53,395 bases of DNA from Macrostomum lignano. Its lineage: Eukaryota. Positions 12,621 to 23,513 of the stretch are shown in pieces. Location of the stretch: positions 1-53,395 of the forward strand of contig NIVC01004246.1 of assembly GCA_002269645.1 (NCBI GenBank). The letters are read 5' to 3'. The notes beneath the pieces were generated by a model. It was given only the letters and a program-made list of their open reading frames with translations. It searched no databases and was not told the origin of the DNA. The first letter of the stretch is position 1. Each line of letters begins with the position of its first letter. The position numbers were made by a program, and so were the translations under genes.

Positions 12621-12985
12621 GCGGCACGCCATCGCCTTACGACCGCAACTTGGCCACGAAGTTCGGCGTGAAGGCCGCCGACTGGTTCTCTCGGGTGCTG
12701 TCCGGCGGCGCGGCCGGCCGCCCGGCCACCGTGGACGAATCGGCCACGGCCAGCGCGGCCATCGTGGGCATCACGAAGCGCGGCACGAGCGTCAGGCCGG
12801 TGACGGAGCTGCTGAGCGACACGGACTTCAAGCTGCGCATGCAGCGGCCGGACACGCAGTGGTGGCTGAAGCTGCGCCCCCTGCTGCGCATCCTGGCCAA
12901 GCACGACTCTGTTTATGAGAGCGACTCGGTGCAGCGGACCCTCTCCGCCCAGGGGCTCGCCGAGGAGGACGAGATCGCGCTTTGA
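12621..12985 (+). CDS. Pfk: 6-phosphofructokinase exon 6 (terminal)
   Basis: cccacag acceptor completes GHMQQG|GTPSPYDRN; QWWLKLRPLLRILAK; TGA at 12983-12985. The spliced CDS with one base restored is 2370 nt (789 aa), typical of eukaryotic PFK. Confidence 0.95.
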
Positions 12986-13074
12986 GAGGCGAGACTGACG
13001 GCTCCTGGTTTTAGTTGGAGTAGCTGAGTAGCTGATTAGTGACCGGCTCGGCGCGAGCGGGACCGCGCTTCAGA

Positions 13075-13775
13075 TAGGCAGTTTCAGAATTGGCTTTTGC
13101 AGTTTCAGCATTGGTATCGGTAGTTTCAAGATTGGTATCGGTAGTTTCAGGATTGACATTTGCAGTTTTAGGATTGGTATGGGCAGTTTCAAGATTGGTA
13201 TCGGTAGTTTCAGGATTGACATTTGCAGTTTTAGGATTGGTATGGGCAGTTTCAAGATTGGTATCGGTAGTTTCAGGATTGACATTTGCAGTTTTAGGAT
13301 TGGTATGGGCAGTTTCAAGATTGGTATCGGTAGTTTCAGGATTGACATTTGCAGTTTTAGGATTGGTATGGGCAGTTTCAAGATTGGTATCGGCAGTTTC
13401 AGGATTGACATTTGCAGGTTCAGTATTGGTATGGGCAGTTTCAAGATTGGTATCGGCAGTTTCAGAATTGGCATTTGCAGGTTCAGTATTGGTTTCGGCA
13501 GTTTCAGAATTTGTATCGGTAGATTCAGGATTGGCATTTGCTGTTTTAGGATTGGTATCGGCAGTTTCAAGATTGGTATCGGCAGTTTCAGGATTGGGGT
13601 CGGCAGATTCAGGGTTGGTATCGGCAGTTTCAGGATTGGTATCGGCAGATTCAGGGTTGGTATCGGCAGATTCAGGGTTGGTATCGGCAGATTCAGGGTT
13701 GGTATCGGCAGATTCAGGATTGGGGTCGGCAGATTCAGGATTGGGGTCGGCAGTTTCAGGATTGGGATTGGAAGT
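13075..13775. repeat. 21-bp minisatellite with a 63-bp higher-order unit
   Basis: Three 21-mers repeat as a 63-bp block on the left; near-monomeric GGCAGATTCAGGGTTGGTATC on the right. Confidence 0.9.
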
Positions 13776-15161
13776 TCAACATCAGGATTATTCAGGCAGT
13801 TCAGAGTTGCGGATCCGCGGGTTGCCCTCGTGCCGGGCCAGCATGCGACTTCTTATTTATTAGTTTTCTTATTAGTTTTTGCTACCCAGTTTTTTTTCAC
13901 ACCCTGTCGCTATGGAGACCGCTGCATCAGACTGGTTTTGACAGACAAATCGATTCTCAATTTTTTCTCATCAACTTGCGCCAGAGATGCACTGCAGAAC
14001 TTTCATGACCCTCGCAAGCTAGCATAGACATTGCTGTTAGTAGCCTATGTGAATAATCTCAAATTCGCGTGATAAACTCGATTTTCGGATTGCCTCTGTC
14101 TCATTTTATTCACTTGGTTTTATCACTCCGCTTTTTAAGCAAAAATGAACAATGCGTCGTGTCTCAGTTAGTTTTTTGCTGTTCATTTTTAGTCCCCTGT
14201 CTGGCGAGCCCGAATATCTCATTTAATTCTATTGGTCCTTCAATGTCTAATAATTGTTTTTTTACCTTTTTTGTTTTTAGTATTGCTCTCCACAGCAGCC
14301 TGCGTGTCCCTGCTATTGTTTGCTTCGCCCTTCTATCGCTCCGAGCTCACAGCTTTTCCGCTTTTTTCAATTTCGCAGCACCCGCCTCCTCCCTTCAGTA
14401 TTTTTGAAGTTTTAAATCAGATCCCCTTTTTTACTCCCGTTTGTGTGTTTGGTCAGAACAGAACGCCAAGTCACCGATTTGATTTATAGCTCAGCATATT
14501 AGTTATAGCCGACCTCACCTGACAGCTCACTAGAGTTTTATACTAGATAGCCTTACAATAAATACACGAGTTCTCGCCTCGTCTTAATCAGAATTAGAGA
14601 AAACAGTCTTGATTCAGCCGCTCGGCCTTGTCCCTCACTAAGCTTCAGCGTCTTTGTCCGCCTAGTCTTTGTACTTTTGCACTAGTAGCGGGCGGGCGGG
14701 AAAACCTGAATCTATTATTTAACCTTTGTTCACCTTCTGGATTTCAAGTTCGTACACGCATGTGCTGCCGCTGTACACTCTGTGTCAGCTCTGGATGTGA
14801 CACAGATGTGATCAAAGGCATTGCGCCAGGGTGCCCACAGCTCGTGTGAATCGCACGGCAGCCCCCGCCAATATCTGTGCAGGTTAAAGCAGTGACAGAT
14901 TAAATTAAAGCAATGAGTATTGCTTCGAGCGTATTTTAATAGCCTGGCACACTGCAAAGTCGAGCGTTTATAGCATAAGCAGGTGCCGAGGTATATCCAC
15001 CTTGGATGGTATAAGTAGTGTTCAGTAGCTACCGTTAGTGTTCGGCCGATACCTTAGAAAAAGTAAACACTTGGATGCAGCGGTTAATTCCTACGATGGT
15101 ATTTCACTCTTGACACAACGCACTCTGCTCCGTTAGAGATTTTTCAATTTTCATGAAATCG

Positions 15162-15645
15162 TCACTCGCAAAAGTTGCTCAGCGGCTCGACCAGCCGGAT
15201 GACCACCAGGCCGTGCTGGCCGGCGTTGCCGCCAGTGGTGCCGCTGCAGCCGCTGCCAGAGCAGAAGGAGCCGCCGCCGCCTCCAGGAGGGCCCCCGAGA
15301 AGCTGGTGGCGCCTCCGCTGAAGCCGCCGCCGGCCCCGGCAGCGCCCCAGTAGGGGTTCATCGTGCCGCCTCCTCCGCCGCCGCCGAACCCGCCGTCGCC
15401 GGTGTTGGAGCCGCCGGCGTCGCCGCCCAGCCAGCCCTCAGCCCGACTGCCGCCTCCGTCACCATCGTCCGGTCCCCGCCTGGTGCACACCGGCTTCCCC
15501 AGCCAGCCAGCGCCGCAGCCAGCGAGGTTGTGGTTGCCGGTCATGGCGCTGGAGTTGTGGAAGCCCGGCTGTCCGTTGCTGCCGCCGTGGCTGTTTCCGC
15601 TCGGATTCGCGACGGAGCCGTTGACGCCGGCCTCTCCGGGCAGGC
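15162..15645 (-). CDS. Secreted PAN + ALK/LTK-type glycine-rich protein, exon 4 (one base missing at 15292-15296)
   Basis: caacag acceptor; GGFGGGGGG and GAGGGFSGG; after restoring one G it reads GGGGGSFC...GGNAGQHGLVVIRL, the typical end of this domain. Confidence 0.8.
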
Positions 15646-15800
15646 CTGTTGAGATTTTGGATGCGGCTTTTACCAGCTGCGTAGCAATCTGAGATAAGCT
15701 CAAGCTGAGTGTACTATTAGGTGAAGTCCGTTTGATGTTGGGGTATTGTCAGAAATCTGAAGCTGGTGCTGTGTTTCGTATGTAATTTTACTGCACTCAC

Positions 15801-16121
15801 CATCCCTATGATAGGTCCCGGCACCTCCACCGCCGGCTGCAGTCAGCAGCAGCTCGTCTGCCGTCCGGTACACGAAGCTGCCGCCGCCTCCGCCGCCTCC
15901 GCTGTGCAGGGAGCTGGGAAGACCGCCGGCCTGTCCGACCACGACGCTCAGCTGGGTGCCGGCCGTCAGGTTGAAGGCGCCGGACACGAAGGCGCCGCTG
16001 CCGCCAGCCTTGCCTGCGAAGGAGTTGGTGCCGCCTCTGGCGCCCGACACTTCGATCCGGTAGCAGCCGGTCGAGGGGATCGTCACGGACTGGATGGAGC
16101 CGGCCCTGCCCGTGCTGCTGT
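15801..16121 (-). CDS. Secreted PAN + glycine-rich protein, exon 3
   Basis: GSIQSVTIPSTGCYRIEVSGARGG...FNLTAGTQLSVVVGQ...GGGGGGGSFVY...AAGGGG matches the ALK/LTK glycine-rich (PF12810-type) pattern; phase 1/1 with cag and GTGAG sites. Confidence 0.88.
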
Positions 16122-16210
16122 CTGCAGTGAGAGAGGGCGCTGCAGATCAGATGTCAAGGTGCAGCAAATGCTTGAAGCACAGAACTTTGCAAACATGACA
16201 TTTTTCTCAC

Positions 16211-16561
16211 TTCTGAGCTCAATGGTGACATTCAGCATCCTCTTCCTCATCAGCATCAGCTCCGTGAAGTTCTCGGCCGCCCACAGCCTGGCGCCGGGCT
16301 CGGAGCCCACGAGTCTCTGCACGTGAGTCCCGGCCGGTCCCGGCGCCTGAGACGCGTCGTTGAGCAGCAGCAGCTGGCAGACGCGCGAGCTGGGGATGAG
16401 CGAAGCCAGCAGGCAGCCCTTCCGCTGGCACGCTGCCAGACACTCCAGCCGGGTCTGGACGCCGGTCAGGTTGACGAGTTCGCTGCTGGAGGCGTTGCCG
16501 ACCAGGACGGGTCCTGGCGCAACCACAAATCGTCCAGTGACGCTTGACCGCGAATTCGTTG
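16211..16561 (-). CDS. Secreted PAN + glycine-rich protein, exon 2 (PAN/apple-like)
   Basis: CLAACQRKGC-x11-C cysteine spacing; ttttag acceptor, A|GTGAG donor; 351 nt, phase 1/1. Confidence 0.8.
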
Positions 16562-16816
16562 CTAAAATGATTTTAGTTTCAACAAATTCGAGCATTCTTG
16601 AGAGCCACGGCAGCGGCAACCCCGGGCTTCAACCAGTTCGCGGGCCACTTTGGGCCCTCCCGCGAATCAAGGCGCCAGCCGACTGCAACCAGCGTGGAAG
16701 CCAGCAGACGCGCACTCACACAGAGTGTACAGTGGCGCTGATTGTGCGCACTCCGTGCGTTGGGTGCCCTCGGGGGCGGAAATCGCCGAGCCCCAAATGA
16801 ATTCGGCCGCGCATGA

Positions 16817-17441
16817 AAATCGAATAGTTTGGAACGAGAGTGTCTCGAAATCGAATAGTTTGGAGCGAGAGTGAGTCTCGAAATCGAATAGTTTGGAGCG
16901 AGAGTGAGTCTCGAAATCGAATAGTTTGGAGCGAGAGTGAGTCTCGAAATCGAATAGTTTGGAGCGAGAGTGAGTCTCGAAATCGAATAGTTTGGAGCGA
17001 GAGTGAGTCTTGAAATCGAATAGTTTGGAGCGAGAGTGAGTCTCGAAATCGAATAGTTTGGAGCGAGAGTGAGTCTCGAAATCGAATAGTTTGGAGCGAG
17101 AGTGAGTCTCGAAATCGAATAGTTTGGAGCGAGAGTGAGTCTTGAAATCGAATAGTTTGGAGCGAGAGTGAGTCTCGAAATCGAATAGTTTGGAGCGAGA
17201 GTGAGTCTCGAAATCGAATAGTTTGGAGCGAGAGTGAGTCTTGAAATCGAATAGTTTGGAGCGAGAGTGAGTCTTGAAATCGAATAGTTTGGAGCGAGAG
17301 TGAGTCTCGAAATCGAATAGTTTGGAGCGAGAGTGAGTCTCGAAATCGAATAGTTTGGAGCGAGAGTGAGTCTTGAAATCGAATAGTTTGGAGCGAGAGT
17401 GAGTCTCGAAATCGAATAGTTTGGAGCGAGAGTGAGTCTCG
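16817..17441. repeat. 33-bp minisatellite in intron 1 of the PAN gene, about 19 copies
   Basis: Unit TCGAAATCGAATAGTTTGGAGCGAGAGTGAGTC. Confidence 0.97.
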
Positions 17442-17484
17442 TTAACCGCTGAGCTGCTCTGCCCCCTGATAATCCCCAGCTTAC

Positions 17485-17542
17485 CTATCGCAGCGGCCAC
17501 CAAGCAGCTTAGCAGCACTGTGACGCCACCCAGGTGAGTCAT
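17485..17542 (-). CDS. Secreted PAN + glycine-rich protein, exon 1 (signal peptide)
   Basis: MTHLGGVTVLLSCLVAAAI then G|GTAAG; phase 1 fits exon 2. The spliced total with one base restored is 1215 nt (404 aa). Confidence 0.78.
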
Positions 17543-18007
17543 TCTCGGATGCCTTGGCAGTTGCTGGCGAATGTTTCTGTGGTTATTTTTTCTTGACCAG
17601 ATGCCATGCGGAGAGTTTGGGTTGAAACGCATTTATTGGCACATTGTTTCTCTGTTCGTTTCCATGGAGACGATTCCATCCTGCGTTCTAGCTGGGCTTT
17701 CATGACCTTCCCAGCCTTCCAGCTCCATCATTTTGATTGGCATTGAAGCAATTCGCTTTCGTCTTTCTTCAGAAACGGCCTGATTCCTGCCTGCCAGTCA
17801 GTTGTGAGGCGCCATCGCGGAAATCGTGCGACTTTCTAGGCATCCTGAAAGCAGCCCAAGACACACATTTACCATTGTCTGCTGCGCTGGCTGAAACTTT
17901 CATGCAATCGCAGTAAAATAATGGAGACCAGCTTCCTGCCAGCGAACACCTGTGGGGTGGGACATTCTTTCCTGAAAAATTCATCTTTGGCTTGCTAAAA
18001 TTTGCGC

Positions 18008-18130
18008 TGTGAGGATGCTGTGAGGGAGGATGCTGTGAGGGAGGATGCAGTGAGGATGCAGTGAGCATGCTGTGAGGATGAAGTGAGTGAGGATGCAGTG
18101 AGGATTAAGTGAGGATGCAGTGAGGATGAC
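18008..18130. repeat. Degenerate GTGAGGATGCA-type short repeat
   Basis: Several imperfect copies of about 11 bp. Confidence 0.75.
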
Positions 18131-18131
18131 T

Positions 18132-18735
18132 CTAGTGAGAATGGCTGCATTGGAGCTTGGCACCAGTACAACTCCAGTGAGAATGGCTGCATTGGAGCCT
18201 GGCACCAGTACAACTCCAGTCAGAACGGCTGCATTGGAGCCTGGCACCAGTACAACTCCAGTCAGAATGGCTGCATTGGAGCTTGGCACCAGTACAACTC
18301 CAGTCAGAATGGCTGCATTGGAGCTTGGCACCAGTACAACTCCAGTCAGAATGGCTGCATTGGAGCTTGGCACCAGTACAACTCCAGTCAGAATGGCTGC
18401 ATTGGAGCTTGGCACCAGTACAACTCCAGTCAGAATGGCTGCATTGGAGCTTGGCACCAGTACAACTCCAGTCAGAATGGCTGCATTGGAGCCTGGCACC
18501 AGTACAACTCCAGTCAGAATGGCTGCATTGGAGCCTGGCACCAGTACAACTCCAGTCAGAATGGCTGCATTGGAGCTTGGCACCAGTACAACTCCAGTCA
18601 GAATGGCTGCATTGGAGCTTGGCACCAGTACAACTCCAGTCAGAATGGCTGCATTGGAGCTTGGCACCAGTACAACTCCAGTCAGAATGGCTGCATTGGA
18701 GCTTGGCACCAGTACAACTCCAGTCAGAATGGCTG
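18132..18735. repeat. 42-bp minisatellite, left part (about 14 copies)
   Basis: Unit CAGTCAGAATGGCTGCATTGGAGCTTGGCACCAGTACAACTC; interrupted by the LTR element. Confidence 0.97.
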
Positions 18736-18916
18736 TGTAAGAGGCGTGAATGTTTTCGCTGTTGTGTGGTTGTTATTGGGTCGGAGTTATTCATCTGCAA
18801 ATAATCGCGATGTACATTGATTGATGTACATTGCAAATATATAAATCGTTGCGTGTGGCTTTAGCCACTTCGTGTGTGTTTGGTCTCGCTTAACTCTCGC
18901 CTTCTCTCAGTTTACA
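18736..18916 (+). repeat. 5' LTR
   Basis: 180/181 identical to the 3' LTR (T18854 vs C23632); TATA-like ATATATAAA near 18837. Confidence 0.97.
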
Positions 18917-18917
18917 T

Positions 18918-18929
18918 TGGTGGCAGCGG
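18918..18929 (+). promoter_or_regulatory. Primer-binding site, probably tRNA-Leu
   Basis: TGGTGGCAGCGG begins 1 nt after the LTR; it is complementary to the ...CCGCUGCCACCA 3' end that I recall for metazoan tRNA-Leu(AAG/UAG). Confidence 0.75.
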
Positions 18930-18953
18930 CCTCAGTTGCAAACCGGCTCACTC

Positions 18954-19796
18954 ATGGCGCACGCAAATGCACTTTTACCGCCAAAGTTTTCTGGCTCAGA
19001 CGATACCGATATCAACATGTGGCTGCAGATGTTTGAGGACTTTGCAGCAGATTCTGAGTGGAACGACACCAAGATGGCATCCAAGATCAAGCTGCTTCTT
19101 TCAGGTGAAGCCCTCGTGTTCGTCTGGGACCTGCCAGCGGCCAAACAGAGCAGCTAAAAGATCTTAAAGGACGAACTCGTCAAGTTCTACAGAGGCAAGG
19201 ATAACACTTTTCGCGCTATGTCTGAGTTCGAGAGCCGGAAGCGACGCCAAGGAGAGTCGCTGAGGGAGCTGTGCTACGCACTCAAGCTTCTGTACCGAAA
19301 GGCACGCCCGGAGCACGCTCAAACGGTGAGAGATTGCGAAGTGCGACACCGACTGCTAGCTCTGCTGCCGACAGAGATCCGTGAGGCTCTGTTGAAAGCT
19401 TCGGATTATGACAGCAGCAGTCCTGAACAGCTGGCAGACCGCGCCACAGCGCTGGAGAGCATCGGCAGCAAAGGAGCCCCGGCAAGCGTCGCAGTGACAT
19501 CGGTGAGCAGCCAAGTGACAGACCGGCTGGAGCAAATGCAAGAGCAGTTGGCGGATCTGGCTGCGACGGTCGCCACCATTGGCAGCCGCGGAGGACAGCG
19601 CGGTGGGAGAAGGAATGCAGCTCGTGGAAGAGGCAGCACCCGTGGAAAATGCTTCAACTGCGCTCAGCCCGGTCATTTCGCTGCTCAGTGTCCAGGCAAG
19701 CAAGTCGCTCCAGCTGTGCCGTCTGTGTGCAGCCGCTGCTCAGGCAGAGGACACCGGGCCGAGGTCTGCCCGACCCCGGCTTCGGGAAACTTCTGA
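18954..19796 (+). pseudogene. gag: gag with an in-frame TAA at 19155-19157
   Basis: PPKFSG N-terminus; the frame continues past the stop (KILKDELVKFY); two CCHC knuckles, CFNCAQPGHFAAQC and CSRCSGRGHRAEVC. Confidence 0.9.
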
Positions 19797-22700
19797 GGAC
19801 TGGTGAGCGCGGGCCATCACCAGCCCTGCCTAGCAAGGCCCAAACCGTCTCAATATTTCTGCCCGGCAGCATTGCTGGCCGGCCCTGCAGGTGGCTGTTC
19901 GACACTGGCGCACAGGTAACTTTAGTTTCAGCTGCGCTGCTTCGAGTTCTAGGAGTCGATGCTCAGCTTCATCCTCCTATCAGCACTCCGGTCGGAATCG
20001 ATGGTCGACGCTTGGAGTCTCCGGCGAGTGCAACGCTAGCGATACAGCTAGAGGGACTGCCATCCGTGGAGCACCAGGTAATGGTGGTTGCCGGGATTCA
20101 GCCGGAATGCGTGCTCGGTATGGACGCCATCGGGAAAATGTGCTCAAGTTTTAGCGTCAATCTCCCGGCGTCTTCTGTCCAGCTGGGGTCAACCAGGATC
20201 TCGATCTTGCCGGACAGGAGCTCCTCGCAGGCCTGCCGAGTGGTGCCCACCGCCGTGATTGCCAGAGTTGCCAGCACCGTGTCCATTCCAGCCCGCAGCC
20301 GCGTCATCATCTCAGTCAAAGTGCCATCGTCTGTCGAGCAGGGTCTATTCGAGCCCAGCTCAGATTTTATCGACAAGACTGGCCTGCTGCCAAACAGGGC
20401 TCTGGTGGTCTCCAGCGTAGACGGAAATCTCCCAGTGGGCGTCTGCAACGTGAGTGCCGACCCGGTGGTGCTCTACCAGAACCAGGCAATCGGCAACTTC
20501 GACGCTGCAGAAGTAAACGGAGCAGACGGTGAACCTGGTGAAGAGGAAGCTGGCTTTAACATCAACCCGGAGCTGAGCGAGTCGCAGCGCGAGCGCATCG
20601 AATCCTTGCTGTGCCAGGCAGAGCAGGCATTCGCCAGGCACGAGTTTGACCTGGGAACAACACACCTGCTGCAACACGAGATTAATCTGGAACCCGGCAG
20701 TCGCCCCATCAAGCATAGGCAACGGACCGTTCCCCTGAATTACCGGCAGCAAGTGGACGAGAAAATTAGCGAGATGCGGCGTCACGGGATTATCGAGCCG
20801 TCCTGCAGTCCATGGGCGAGTAATCTGCTTGTGGTGCGAAAGAAAAACAACGAGATTCGAATCTGCACCGACTGGAGAGCCCTCAACTCGTGCACCGTGA
20901 AGGACGCCTACCCGCTGCCTCCGCTGTCTGCTGCGCTGGACGCGCTCACTGGAAGCAGTTGGTTCAGCACTCTTGACCTCCGCCAAGGGTTCCTGCAGGT
21001 TGAGCTGCGAGAGCAAGACCGGGAGAAGACCGCTTTCTACACCACGCAGGGCCTGATGCAGTACAGGAAACTCGGGTTCGGCCTCTGCAACGCCCCGGCA
21101 ACCTTTCAGCGCCTGATGGACCTAACGATGGCCGGCCTGAACTGGACAGAGGTGCTCACGTACATGGACGATCTGATTCTGTTTAGTCAGACCTTCGAGA
21201 AGCATGCGGAAACACTGGAACAGGTCCTGGGAAGACTGCAGTCTGCCGGCCTCAAATTGAACAAACGCAAGAGCTACTTCTGCTTCCAGGAGGTTGAGTA
21301 CCTAGGACACAAAATCTCGGCAGAAGGCATTCGACCAACTCAGGACAAGGTCAGCGCTATCCAGTCCATCCCGATACCCGAATGCGCTGAGGATGTTCGC
21401 CGGCTTGTCGGCATGCTGGGCTTCTACCGGCGTTTCGTTCCGCACTTCGCCAGCATCGCTAATCCGCTTCATCAGGCGACTCAGAAGAGTCGACAGTTTC
21501 AATGAACAACTCAGTGCGATGACGCTCTGCGGAAGCTGAAGTCAGCTCTGTCGACACCACCCGTACTGAAGCTGCCTGACTTCTCCAAGGGATTCCGGTT
21601 GTGCTGTGACAGCAGCGGAGTGGCCATCGCCGGCGTCCTGAGCCAGCTCCACGAAGATGCCGAGTGTCCGGTAGCCTACGCGTCGAGAGTCCTGAACAAA
21701 GCGGAGCGCAATTATTCGACCACCCACAGAGAGCTTCTTGCGGTGGTCTGGGCGATGAAGCATTTCCGGAACTACTTGGCGTCCGCTGGCGAAATTCTCG
21801 TCTTCACCGACCACAAGCCGTTGCAAGGGCTGCTCAACACCAAGGAGCCAGAAGGCCGGCTAGCCAGATGGATTACATTTCTGCAGGAGATCAACTTCAA
21901 GCTGCTCTTCAGACCTGGTCGCGAAAACGTGGTTGCGGACGCACTGAGCCGAGCAGCGGCGACCCGGCTGCACCCTGCCTGGTCGGACAACGACATCCGT
22001 GTAGCGCAGGCTGACGACCCAGTGCTAGCGGCGGCTCGACAAGTGCTCCTCGGACAAAGGCCAAGACGTGGCAAGGCTGCAGATGACGCAGAACACCTGG
22101 TGAGGACAGAGAAGCTGGACCTTGGTGAAGATGGCGTCCTCAAGAAGAGTGGCCAACCCGTCATCCCGCGGCAGCTTCGCCAGGACCTGCTGCAGCTGCT
22201 GCACGACGATCCTGCAAGCGGGCACCTCGGAACCGAAAGGACGCTGGCCAGAGTCGTCAGCAGAGCTTGGTGGCCCGGCCTAAAGGACGACGTCCAGCAC
22301 TGGGTGAGCAGCTGCGAAGTGTGTCAGCGTCGCAAGGTACCGCATCAGCACCAGAGGGCACCGCTGCAGATCAACACCGTGCCATCAGCTCCTTGGGAGA
22401 TGGTGCAGGTGGACATCAAAGGGCCCCTCCCAGAGACTGAAGCCGGCCTCAGGTACATCATCTGCTTCACGGACGTGTTTTCCAAGTGGGTTGAGGCGAC
22501 CGCGGTGTCCAACATTGAGGCCCGGACGGTTGCGGATGCGCTGCTAAGGAGTGTCGTTCTTCGCCACGGAGCGCCCGAAGTCATCCACTCCGATCAGGGT
22601 CGTCAGTTTGAAAGTGACATCTTCCAAGAGCTGTGCCGCCTGCTGGATATTCGCAAGACAAGAACGACACCCTTCCATCCCAGCGGCAACCCTGCAGTCG

Positions 22701-23407
22701 AGCGGTTCAACCGAACATTAGGCGACATGCTGGCGGCGTACTGCATGGAACAGCAGAACAAATGGGCGGACTTCCTGCCGTACGTCATCTGGGCGTACAA
22801 CTCTTCAGCGCACTGCACCACCAAGAGGTCGCCCTACGCAGTGCTTCACGGATGTGACCCCAGGATCCCGGCAGAGCTCAGTTTACCTGCAGGCGGCGAA
22901 AGGAGGCTCGTCACGGACACGCTGGCAGACGCTCGCACCGGCTTGCAGCTCGTGCGGCAGCGCCTGCAGTCGACACAGCGGTCACGGAAGCAGCAGTACG
23001 ACAAGCGCCAGCACTTCACGCCGATCCAAGTCGGGCAGCTGGTGATGCTCAGCAACCCGGCGGTGTTGAAGGGCCAGTCCAAGGCTCTCCGTCGGCGGTG
23101 GCTGGGACCGTACCGCGTGCTCGAGAGGCTGGGCCCCGTCACCTACCGGATCTCAAAACCCGCCGGCCGGAGACGAAGCACGGTGGTGCATCACGACCGG
23201 CTCAAGCTGTTCGTGCGCAGGCGGCCGCAGCCCGCTTCCTGGCAGTCCGCCCCGACTCCGCCCGCTGCAGAGGCCGGCCGACCGCCCAGCCCGGCTGTCG
23301 ATCCGCGGCTGACCTGGACGGACTTGCTGGATGAGCCGACCGCAGTCGGCCCTCGGCGTTCTGCAAGGACTCGAAGACCGCCTGATTTTTATGCTGCGCA
23401 AAACTAG
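19784..23407 (+). pseudogene. pol: pol (protease, RT, RNase H, integrase) with an in-frame TGA at 21503-21505
   Basis: LFDTGA, YMDD, CDSS...ELLAVVWA, HHCC zinc finger, D-D-E (VDIKGP, HSDQG, VERFN) and GPY; both ORF-track pieces lie in one frame (FQ*TTQC). Confidence 0.93.
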
Positions 23408-23500
23408 TTTACTGGTTCATTTTGGCTATTAGTGCACTTTTAATTCTCATGGTTTTACTGCCTCTTTTGTCTTTTCGCAGTTTTTTATTATCCTCAATTT

Positions 23501-23510
23501 AGGGAAGGAG
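23501..23510 (+). promoter_or_regulatory. Polypurine tract
   Basis: AGGGAAGGAG ending 3 nt before the 3' LTR. Confidence 0.85.
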
Positions 23511-23513
23511 TGA

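Noticed and set aside
13070-14027. Long ORFs over the 21/63-bp array, and similar ORFs over arrays at 16.7-17.6, 18.0-18.8, 28.0-29.3, 34.7-35.8, 37.1-37.9, 47.8-48.9 and 51.6-52.4 kb
   Set aside because: Open in several frames and on both strands because the units lack stops; most lie in introns or between genes and have no unique coding flanks.
19155-21505. The Gypsy stops (TAA at a Tyr-like site, TGA at a Trp-like site) match the alternative flatworm mitochondrial code (table 14)
   Set aside because: Each is one substitution from TAY or TGG, Trp is otherwise TGG, gag ends at a functional-looking TGA, and the element is nuclear; coincidence is simpler.
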